NCBI GenBank assembly: GCA_030141605.1
Contig: JAQGDQ010000003.1
Span: 434,001 to 498,000 of the forward strand
Direction of reading: 5' to 3'
Origin: Tubiluchus corallicola
Lineage: Eukaryota; Animalia; Priapulida
DNA: 64,000 nt
This document shows, piece after piece, positions 41,721 through 52,455 of this stretch. The notes beneath the pieces were generated by a model. It saw only the letters and a list, made by a program, of their open reading frames with translations, was not told the origin of the DNA and did no database searches. The translations under genes were made by a program, and so were the position numbers. Position 1 is the first letter of the stretch. Each line of letters opens with the position of its first letter.

Positions 41721-41899
41721 TAGCAATTAATAAGATTATTGATTTATTCTTCAAAATACAACACTTTATTTACATAAAAACACTGCTAATAATTTACTCT
41801 GCACTAATATACCCCTATCTGCATTATAGCATTCCTTCTTGGGGAAGAGCAAAAACCACTGCTCTTCACCCACTAATTACTACCAAAAACAAAACAGTC

Positions 41900-42250
41900 A
41901 AATGTATTACTTTTTCAGCCTACAGTGACTGAGCTATGCCTTCATACAAATATCTGAAGTTACTAAAGCTAGCTGATATATACAATTTGAAATTACTCAA
42001 GTTTACGTTTAAATGCAAAAACGGCATTTTACCTACTCTATATACAAATTATTTCCAAAAAGTTAGCGATGCTTATACTTATGAAACTTGAGCAGCAATA
42101 AGTAGTTTTTATTACCAGGCCCGATATAAAACATCATTTGGCCTAAACACACTTCAACATAATGGAGTCAAACTCTTGAATGCCTCAGATGCTTTATTAT
42201 TATAAATAAGTAAAAAGTACAAAAAGAAACTAATTGAAAATTACATTTAG
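41900..42250 (+). mobile_element. L2/Crack-like LINE 3' end
   Basis: LKLLKLADIYNLKLLKF.FK..NGILP..Y..YF..YKTSFGLNTLQHNGVKL. A related short piece lies at 30880-30950. Confidence 0.6.
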
Positions 42251-44459
42251 TACATAGTAGTTAAATTTAATTGAACTGGAAAATAACGTAATGAATATAG
42301 TTCAAAATGACATTTTTTTATATAATACACATTGCTTATAAATTGGTCACAAGCGATTACATCCAAAAAATTAAGTGAGCCTAAACGAATTGTCTTTGTT
42401 GAAGATATCTAGAAATCTTTTGGACTGTAAGTACCTGTGTTCAAAAAGTTTTATTTGTTGCATAAAAATATTATGTAACACTGCTTAGCTTTTTATCTGA
42501 ATGCTGCATTACATAAATTTTGCTTGCCAAATTATATATTTTTTCCTGCCCTTTTTTGATTTTTTAGTTTTGCTTCTATTTGACTGTTTATTTTTTGATT
42601 GACAAAATTTTGCTTTAAGCTGAATTTTATTTTATTTTTGTATGTGATAACATTTTTTAATTTTGAGTTGAATTGTGTTTGCTTTATAAAACATTTGCTT
42701 TGAGTTGATTTCTGTTACTTTTGCTTGATATGATTTTTTGCTGTAACTTGAATTTCATTTTGCTTTGCTTGCCATGACTTCTTTTTAGTTTGATTTGAAT
42801 TGCATTTACTTTATAAAACTTTTGCTTTGAGTTGATTTCTGTTGCTTTTGCTTGATATAATTTTTTGCTCTAAGTTGAATTCCGTTTTGCTTTGCTTGTG
42901 GTAACTTCTTCGTACTTTCAGTTGAATTGCGCTTTGCTTGATATAATGATTTGTTCTTTGATACTTTTTGTTTACTTTGAAGATTTTTGTTTGCTTTTTT
43001 GTTTTTGTTTGATATGAGATATATTATTGATTTGTTTTTTGTGCTGCCTCTTCACATTAGTGGTTCTGTTTTTATCACAAATTTATGCATATAGTACAAA
43101 TATTATTATTATCATGATGTAACACTGTATTCAATTTTCAAGTAATTGTCGTTTACTATTTTCCACTCTTTAAAAATCTGACTAGAATAAGTGATTAAGC
43201 ATACATAATACTATATCTGCTACTCAGTATATAATATAAAACCAATTTTATTTCTAAGACTGTAATGTTTTTTGTATAATAATCACCTAAAAAATTTCTG
43301 CAACTGTAAGTAAACTTGTATTTTTAATAAGGGGCAGCTAATCAAGTGACCAACAGGTCTTTTACTGCTCCTTCTCAGATGCATTGAAATTATCAAATGA
43401 TCATGTATAATTTTTAACTATGATGAATGTAATGAAGCTGTATGATTGAGAAGATAAAGTTGAACTGAATCGAATTGTTGTATTTCGTATTTGTCTTGTA
43501 CTTTGTTTTTTTGCACTGTTTGCCATGGCACATTGTGTTTGTGCAATAAAATTGAACTGACTGATTAAATAAGAATACTCGTGTATTTTTTAATTTATGC
43601 TGTCTCAACATTCTATTATATTAGGCTATTTTACTCATAACAGAAATCAATTATGTCTAGAAAAACTACCCTAATTAAGAGATGAGCCAAGTCTTCACTT
43701 ACGATTTAAGGAACATGTACGCCAACAATTCTTGTAGCACTAGTAGCCAATAAATCTCCCAAAATCAGCTGACATAAAATCAAATATTTAAATTAAGTTG
43801 AAGTTAATTGATTCATTAATTACAACACTATCCTTTACACGCCGCTGATTCACTTCTCGTTTTTTTCGGCAAAAGACATCATATTTAACAGCACCTGCAA
43901 CACCAGAAACCCTAGAATTCCTGTCGTTATGCGCAAAATTCGATTCGCTACGTTTTTTTCTTGATTCACATTTGTTTTGCAGTGTTGTGTGATTTCATCT
44001 CGTTTGTGATTATTTTAATTATTTAGGTTTTGTGTTTTTATTACTTCTTTGTAGTTGTAGCATAAAATATGATTTCAAAAGAGCACATAATTTCTTATTA
44101 GATTTAAGTAAGTTTTACAAACTCGCGCTTTTTGCAATGTTACGTATTTGTATTTGTTACACTTTGTATTTGTTCTTGTACTTTGATTTTTTTTGCAATT
44201 GTAATTTTTTGCCATGGTACATTTTTGTATTTGTGCAACTGAATTGAATTGAATTTGAATTGTTTCATTCACCTGAGCTACAACTTTGTTAAAGCGTGTC
44301 AGTGTGGATGTGCAGCGCATGATTGTATGTTCAAGCGTGTGCAATGAAACATATTTAATGATCAGTAATAATTTTTGAAATGAAACTGCTATGCTGACGT
44401 GACGTGGAATCCACCCAGACATGACACGATTCGTAAGTTTGTAAGCATTCAGCATTGAA

Positions 44460-44962
44460 CAACTAGGATAATACCAGGTACAGCAGAAAGACGATATCCT
44501 GATAGACTAAAGCACTTAGGACTTGCAACACTCAAATACAGAAGACACAGGCAGTGTATCATCCAGACATTTAGAACCCTCAAGGGTACTGACTGGATAG
44601 ACAGTAGCAAAATATTTGAATTTCAGGTACCTCACAGGACAAGAGGATGCTCATTTAAAACCAATAGGAGATCTGTTTCAAAATGGGGAAGAAGACAAAA
44701 TTTCTTTGCAGCTCATGTTGTAAATACCTAGAACAAGCTTCCTGAATATGTAGTGAGTGCTACTTCAGTTTCTCAATTTCGAGCTCGACTCTCGGCCAAT
44801 CATCCGGAGAAATATATTGATCATAGACTTCCATAATGGCAACTAGGTGCTTGGATTTGAGGGAACCTGACACTATCCATCGTGCAAAGAAAAGCAGACT
44901 GATATTATCTTCAGGATCGTCTTGTTAGAGCAACCACCTACTAGAAAATTCAAAATAAATAA
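44460..44962 (+). mobile_element. CR1 LINE 3' end
   Basis: Frame reads TRIIPG...YPDRLKHLGLATLKYRR...TRGCSFK...FF..HVVNT*NKLPEYVVSATSVSQFRARL, the typical CR1 ORF2 C-terminus with TGG>TAG, followed by an A-rich tail. Confidence 0.85.
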
Positions 44963-47539
44963 AGCATCCAGAGAAGATCGGAGGGCTAAAAAGTGGTCAT
45001 TTATGCTTAACCTCTATCTATATTTTAAGCTGTAAGCTGAAACTTATGACTGTTGTATTAGCCACTTTCAGGCATGCGTAACTGAAATTTTCTGCCTCAA
45101 TGAAAAATTTTTTAAAGCCATTATGTTGGTATATAAATATGGCAGCTGAGGTCGCCCAGAAAGCTTCTTAGCAGTCAGTCAGCTATTTAGTAATAGCGTG
45201 TGTCCACTTGCTCCAAAAATAATGAGGGAGACAAATAGAGTGTATACTGGGATTAACAGCAGTTGTTATGAAATACCGACAAAGCATATTAATTGCCGTA
45301 AAAGATGGAAGTGAACTCCCCTGAAAACTGGCTAAGACGATATACTTTTCATTACATTTGATTAGAAGTACGTCTAGTTGTAAAATACTTGAACGTGTGC
45401 ACATAGTTTCACAGTAAATGTGGTGTAATTTGATCCTGACACGTGCTTAAAGCCTTGTAGTGAACTTGAGGTGGTCAGACTTGTGGGACCACCTTACACC
45501 TATTTTGCCAAGTTTGGGTTGTTGGTAGTGGTCATGTGAGCGTCGCGTTTAGCATAGAGGCGTGGCTGTGGATACATATATGATTATATATATGTCATGC
45601 AGGTGCAGAAGATCAGAGAGTAGAGAGATCAGAGATAAAGAGACTACAGGAAATATTTATTGTGGAATATTTCTGTATTTTACTTGCTAGAACGCTAGAG
45701 TAGAGGCAGGAGCGGGTGGTGAGAGAGGTCGATTTGGTAAGTGACCTTCCTTGTATTTCCTAGTACTTCCTTACACTTGTTAACGTTATCAAATTGCTGT
45801 CAGGTGACCTAGTTCACCTCTTCTTTGGCTTCAGTTGTTTAACTTCAGTAAATCACTGTATTCTACCATGTCAAAACTAGAGCTTTTTAAGCGTTCAGGT
45901 TGTTAAAATAATGTTTTCACTGTCTGTTCTATTTGGGTAAGTTATATCAGTTCAAATCATATCACTTCTTGAAGACCCTATCAATGTAAACACTATTTCG
46001 TCATTAAGGTTATTTATCCGGGAGCTTTTATATTTTAACTCACTGGTTTAGTGTTTCGGTTTTACTGCGTTTGTGTTGCGTGGTGAGGCTACAGCAGTAC
46101 TTTATCAGGAACCCTGTTGAAATAAGATCGCACGAACAGTAGCAAGTCTAATTGTTCAATAGGTTAATACCAAAATGCGAATAGAAATGCTAATCGGAGT
46201 CAACATTAGAATATGTGGCACGATCATCACCTAAAAGATCATATTCAATCATAATTGCGCCTCAAATAACGAAATATTGGTCTACCAGAAATATATATAT
46301 ATCACGTTTAATGAAATACTAAATAATACTTAATTTAATAACCAGTAATGAATATTTAAATATATAAGCGAATGAACACGTGTTTTTCTTCATCAGTAGA
46401 ATACATCGCAGAAACACAGAGAATGTGGGCGATTATTTACATTGATAGAAACAACACACCGTACTCCCTCAATTAGTAGTATTAAGGCAGATTTAACTAT
46501 TTGCAGTTCAGCCAGCACCCAGCCTAATATTCGCAGTTGGGGGCCCACTATACGTCAAATCGTCATAACATCTCGGGGTTTGAGAGCATAGACTTACGTT
46601 GAACCTTTCGGACCGACGAGCACGCCTGTAAGTCCAGAGAGTTTTTTGGGCCGTTGCTTCATTCACTGGAAACATGTCTCGATGCAGGGCTACTGGCTAG
46701 GATCGTTGCAGCCTGATCGAGGAAGGAAGAACAGGTTTCTGCACACAACAAAGATAAACATCTTTATTTTACGTCAATTCTGGTAATAAATGAAAGCAAA
46801 TTTTGATTTACTTACACCTAATGCTCCACATTCCAATGAGGTAGACAGCAGTAAAACATTATCCCATTTTTAGTGGCACGTACTGCAATACATGCAAAAG
46901 TGTCCGAAGAAACACTCACATTGCACTTCGTTAGTGGATGAATGGTGGCTTATGACATAACCCATCAGTTATCGAAGACATCTGTCACAAAGACACCATA
47001 TCCTGTTTGGGTACAAGTTGTTGCTCTTGTTTCTTTTTCTCTCTTCCTCTACGCTGTCCTTTTGATCCTATGTATTTCAAAATGTTGTCCTTCTTGATGA
47101 ATTGTATGCCTCCAAATGATGCATTGTCAGCTGGCAACTACGTCGCAGATTAGCCATTGGAACTAGATTTCACACAAAGCAGTATGTATGTTATCGCAGT
47201 GCATTTTCTTCAAACTTCCAGGCATCTGAACTCCATGTCTTGCTTGGAATACGATAGATGGGCATCCAGAAAAAGTGGCCAATGTAATAGGGTTAATGTA
47301 AGAGGAGCACGATGGTAAGGAGAGTTGATACAGCTTCACATATGCTTCTATTTTTGTTTGTCACTGCAGGATTTTGTTTTGATCTGCATGTTTCAGTTGG
47401 TGAAGATGTGATCTCTAAGGTATGCAATGGTACCACTCAATAATATGTCAAAGATTTAAAGCGTATCGCACATGAGACACCTGTGTATTCAAGAAATCTT
47501 CCCACTTACAAGTGTTTTCTATTTTACAATCATTGCAAT

Positions 47540-47838
47540 TGCCCACAACCATATGCAGGCACGCCTGCTGTAATAATTATAACGACTTACTATTGGTTCT
47601 GATAACGTTCTATTGTAGTGTGCTAAAGAGATAAATAAACTATTATTGAATAGAAAAAATTAAATTGTGCGCTTAGTGTGGGGCTAGTGCAACCAACGGT
47701 GTTCAGCAATAAATTTTCGGTCTTGTTTATAGTAAAAAGTTTTTATTTAATATAATTAATTTAAAAAATATATAATTATATATATATACTCGAACAAAAA
47801 ATGTAAATGTTTTGGAAGTTTCCTCGTTACTGGTAAGT
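47540..47838 (+). promoter_or_regulatory. Probable promoter and non-coding first exon upstream of DALRD3 (donor CTG|GTAAGT at 47833)
   Basis: CpG-containing stretch ending in a consensus donor. The DALRD3 acceptor (48789/48797) follows about 1 kb downstream. Confidence 0.45.
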
Positions 47839-48814
47839 ATATAAAGCAAGGGAAATACTATTCTTAACTGTGTACTTAAAGCTAACTCAGACATTTAACC
47901 AAAGCTTATGAATTAGTACTACGAGATTATTTAACGTCGCAAAGAGTTATCTAAGCCTGAATGTGAAAATATTTATTATTAAATTTTGCATTACGGTGCT
48001 TACGCCCATTGTTTAGACTTAGATCATGTGACCATTGGTACGAGTTCGGGGTTGAGAATGAAATTTGATGTGGCAATTTTTTAGAAGTGTTAGCGAAAGC
48101 TGGTATTCTCTTAAAGTCTAATAAAGAACTTATTTTAGTTTAAAAATGATACATATTTAGCTTTAACTTTAATGCTAAAAGTGTAAATGTTTTTATGTTG
48201 TTTATCTCAAATGAGCATGACCTAGCACATTTATTTCTGGCATTTCATTAGCATGTTCAACTGTGTATCAATTGTAACTTTTCTAATCAATTGAATCAAA
48301 TAAAAGTGATTTAAATACAAAAAGGCTTAAAACAATTGCATAAGTTTAGGTTCACAAAGCAGTATTTGTTTGTCTGAGCTTAACATTATGGACCATTTGG
48401 TGTCTTCTCTATCATATCTAGCAAATTTGGCAAATGTGCTTTTAAAGTTACTTAGCTAATTGTTATGGTCAACAGTAATACAACATACAAAAATATTCTG
48501 AAAATAAACTCACTAGGTCCATATAAAGTTACTGTTTTCTTAAGGATGTTGGTCCATTGTTTCTTATACAACCATTGTATTCACATACACATATTATAGA
48601 AAGCCTGCCAAGTGTCTAACTAAGACACTGTTGTTTGTATTTTAACAATATATTATATGACATGTATATGTATACAAATTGTTTGACATTTAAAAATGAA
48701 ATTAGGTCATTACAGCTGAGATATCATAGGATGGAACATTTTTTCCTTTGAAACTATTTTTATTTATGTTATTAAATTATTATTTGCAGAACTGCAGGTT
48801 ATTGTCCTTTATAA

Positions 48815-50563
48815 ATGGCAGTATCATCGCAGAATAGTTTAAATGTGCTAGAAACTGTCATTGAGCAAGTCAAGGCAGCAGTCTGTGCATCACAAGAGAC
48901 AAATGAACAGAAAAGTGATAAAACTAAAACATTGCCTGAGAATACTAATCAGTTGCATCTTGAGTCTGGAAGCGGCGCTGATACCGATAAATCAAAACCT
49001 TTTGCCATAACTAAGCAGACGTCAAACTTATCAAATGGAGATCTTTTGGTCCACACCCAAGGTCATTTTGACAATGACTCTTTGAGCAAGTTTTTAATCG
49101 AACACGGGTCTTCTGGTTTATTAGCACCAGTTGTGAAATGCACCATTCCAAATGCAAATACACTAGCAGTAAACCTTGACAGGACTGTTTTGTTTAGAAT
49201 GTGTGTAATACAAATAAATCATGAAGGGTTTCAGTATGGGCATCAAAGGACAGGAAATGGTAACATCATTTTGATTAATACAGTATTGTCTCCTGTTGAT
49301 GATAACTTGCAAGATAGATTGTCTTTATGCAACTTGAGAGCTGTTTTGCTCAGTATGCACATTCAAAGGCTTCTAGAAGCTAATGGCTACAGAATTCAAG
49401 AGACAAATGAGTGTGTGAAAGAGAAAGCACGGACATTTTTCAGTTTTTCTTCTAAGGACATATGCCAAAATTTGAGACCACTTCCTTTAATTCAAACTGA
49501 GCTACTTACTTTTGCTATTGCATCTCCATTTAATACTTTTCAGCAAGCATTATTGGGAAAGGGCGACAGTCAGGATATAGATCTGACAGCACCAATTATT
49601 ACTGTTGATGGCAGATATTTTATAGAAAAGCAGCAGCTTTGTGTGGGTGGTAAAGAATATAGTAAATCACTTGGATTGATTAAAGTCAGAAGTGGAAATG
49701 AAACAAGTGACATTTTTCAGCAAGTTGTCTTACTAGAAAGATTAAGATGCAGTTTTGATAAAAAATTAGTGGGAGTCATTCACATTGCAAACCAAAGGGC
49801 ACAGTTCCAACAACAGCAGCTTGATATTTTATGGCGAATTCTGGGCCAAAGAGAATCTCCCCAGGTCCATGTTGTTCATGGGGATGTAGCATCTAAGCAG
49901 TATACCGAATGGCATAGTCTAGCTGTTGATCAGTTTGTTAAACTTCGTAAAGAACAAATGATTACTGCATCTGTGTCTAAGTATGGTGAATGTGTTCGTG
50001 GAGACGACTGGACAGACACCATTCAGACTTTAACTAAAGCTGTCATTAAATTTGAAGTCCTTTCCAATTCCTTTGGTGTGAATGTTTTACTAGACGTTTC
50101 TGAAAGAGGAAGCCCAGTATATAACAAAGGCGGTTGTTTTGTACTGTATAACTACGCGAGACTTTGTACTCTTTTTGCGAATTATGAAAAATCTGTTGCC
50201 TCGGGTACTTACCCACTTCTGCCGCCAGTAGAGGAGATTGATTATAGTTTACTAAAGGAAGAAGAGGAATGGAAGTTGCTGTTTAACTACGTGTTACCTT
50301 TTCCTTCATTAGTAAAGGACTGCATTGGAGAGTTTTCGCTGCAAAGTCCCCAAGCTCATGTACAAACGCACCGTGCATGTCAGTTTTTATCAAGCCTTAG
50401 TCGACTTTTCAGTGTGTATTACAGTAGGATTCATGTGCTTGGTGAACCTCGAGAACACCTTTTGCCACTCATGTTTGCAAGATTACACCTGTTGCAAGCT
50501 GTGAAACAGGTGATGTTGAACACGCTCAGGTTGTTAGATATAGAACCACCGTTACAAATGTGA
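48815..50563 (+). CDS. DALRD3: DALR anticodon-binding domain-containing protein 3, single coding exon, 582 aa
   Basis: Uninterrupted ORF with a C-terminal DALR domain: FVLYNYARLCTLF..YP.LPPVEEIDYSLL.EE.EW.LLFN..LPFP, YYSRIHVLGEPREHL..MFARL.LL.AV, as recalled for DALRD3. No ArgRS HIGH motif seen. Splice acceptors at 48789/48797 lie just upstream of the ATG, and AATAAA is at 50607. Confidence 0.92.
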   Translation: MAVSSQNSLNVLETVIEQVKAAVCASQETNEQKSDKTKTLPENTNQLHLESGSGADTDKSKPFAITKQTSNLSNGDLLVHTQGHFDNDSLSKFLIEHGSSGLLAPVVKCTIPNANTLAVNLDRTVLFRMCVIQINHEGFQYGHQRTGNGNIILINTVLSPVDDNLQDRLSLCNLRAVLLSMHIQRLLEANGYRIQETNECVKEKARTFFSFSSKDICQNLRPLPLIQTELLTFAIASPFNTFQQALLGKGDSQDIDLTAPIITVDGRYFIEKQQLCVGGKEYSKSLGLIKVRSGNETSDIFQQVVLLERLRCSFDKKLVGVIHIANQRAQFQQQQLDILWRILGQRESPQVHVVHGDVASKQYTEWHSLAVDQFVKLRKEQMITASVSKYGECVRGDDWTDTIQTLTKAVIKFEVLSNSFGVNVLLDVSERGSPVYNKGGCFVLYNYARLCTLFANYEKSVASGTYPLLPPVEEIDYSLLKEEEEWKLLFNYVLPFPSLVKDCIGEFSLQSPQAHVQTHRACQFLSSLSRLFSVYYSRIHVLGEPREHLLPLMFARLHLLQAVKQVMLNTLRLLDIEPPLQM

Positions 50564-52455
50564 TTTAAATTACAAAAAAACTATATGCTTTTGGAATTTT
50601 AATCACAATAAAGCTCTGAACTTTTTTGAAAACGATATATGTTTTGCTTCAAATAATGATTTGAAGCAGTTTTCTTAATGTTGTTACTGTTTAATAAATA
50701 ATATAATTTATGCACCTAGAAAAGATACATTTATAAAGTATGTTTAAAAGTTAAAATGCTTAAATTTGAACTGTTACACACTGAACTGGAATATACTTAT
50801 TTCATTTTTTCATTTTATAAAATCATGTATAGTGTGGTATGTACTGTGAGCTGTCTGCATGAACAAATATGCTCATTTGCGGCTTAGTGTATATCAGAAA
50901 AAATGCATAGTCAAATATATTGTTGTTATACGCATTGACTGTAAGCAATATTTGTTATAATAATCGGTCTGTACCTGGAGATGTTGGGTGCATTGAGGAA
51001 TAATTAACTATTAATTCAATTTAATTGTATGGAATATTGCCTAACAGTATTGTAAAAATATCTACGTACTTCACTGTGTTTTTACGTGTGCTTAATAACT
51101 ATTGTTTTGAGTTCAAAAATGTCTTGTTGAACTATTCTGTGAAACAAACTTAACTAACACACATAAAAGAAGTACAAAGGAAAAAACGTACAATGGCTGA
51201 CCCCCTTCAATCTTCACTAGACTAAACTGAAAAGTCAATGTGGGTAGGAGCTGAGAATTAGCTTAGAAAGAACATTGTAGTATGTGAAACTTCAGGATCT
51301 TTCTCAACATATTCCTTCGACTTATTTTGAGAAAACCGAGTTGTTGGAGGTTCCTTGGACATGCAGTTTCTGCACTGCTCTTTAAAATGGATCCTATGTG
51401 TTTGCATTGAACCCCAGACTTGAGTAATAAATTCTCTCAATTTATTTCAGCACTACAGAATAAATATAGAGAATTAAATATATTTTCGAATCCTAAAGAT
51501 ATATCCGTTCAGGATTTAAAGTCTGTCATTTAAAATTCTTTCGTTGTTCCTTGAAGTAAATTACCAGATATTCATGTAACTTAATTAATTTATGTTTACA
51601 GTACTTGATACGATTACTATTGATTCTTTATAGCAAGAATGAACTGTTTTTATGCAAAATCACACAATATAACATTTAAAAAAATTTTATTATTAAGTGA
51701 TTACCTTTTAAGAACTTGCTAGTTCTTTAAATGTCATTGTTTAATGATAAATTTTTGATACAATATAATATCGTGTGAATTTGTGTGTAAAATTCTACAA
51801 TTTTTTGCCATTAGTTTTTTTATTTCAGTTTTATTGTTTGCCAGATAAAAAATTTTCACATTGTTTTTCTAGCACAATAAAGCCTAGCTTAGATAACATC
51901 AAGTCTTTCAAGAGTTATTTTATTAGACAATTTTCTGCCGTTTCTGTTTAGTAATTACTGGAGGCAACTGTTCATGCACATCTAGACATATTCGTATATG
52001 TAATGTGAGTAGTCATGTTCAGAAATTAGTGCCAAACCAAAATCATATTCAAGAGAAAAACGGACCTTTTTCTTTTGGACCAAAGCAAAACCTTTAAATG
52101 TGCACAAATACAGACTGAAACTTCCTAAATTTGTTTTATCGTTTGTGCAACTTTTAGTTTTTTCTGTTTTCAACTAAAAAAAGATAATACCAAAGCTGCA
52201 CAGTTTCTGTTAGAAGCAAATACATTCGTGTGCTATCGCCTGCACTTCGCATAATATGGTTGTACTCTGGAGTGCAGCAGTTTTGAGCTAGCTGGCTCTT
52301 TTCATTTAAAGTGCATCTAAATCTATGTACCCTTGCTTATTCGTATATTGCATAGATTACTGTTATCACCACATTATTTGATTTCAGTTTGGTGTTCACT
52401 AAGCATCCTTGTATGTTTGCAGTGCATTCGGAATTTCTTTTGCTGAACTATTAAA

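Noticed and set aside
30000-44010. Stop-codon reassignment suggested by in-frame TAA/TAG in candidate ATP8B 5' exons
   Set aside because: No conserved coding exon in the window contains an in-frame stop, and hnRNP K appears to end in TAG. The standard code suffices.
44075-44455. 126-aa ORF from the ORF track, and most other 60-145 aa intronic ORFs
   Set aside because: No recognisable motifs, and half of it runs through a LINE tail. Such ORFs are expected by chance or derive from repeats.
48815-50563. Arginyl-tRNA synthetase
   Set aside because: It has the DALR domain but no HIGH catalytic motif, and the C-terminus matches DALRD3.
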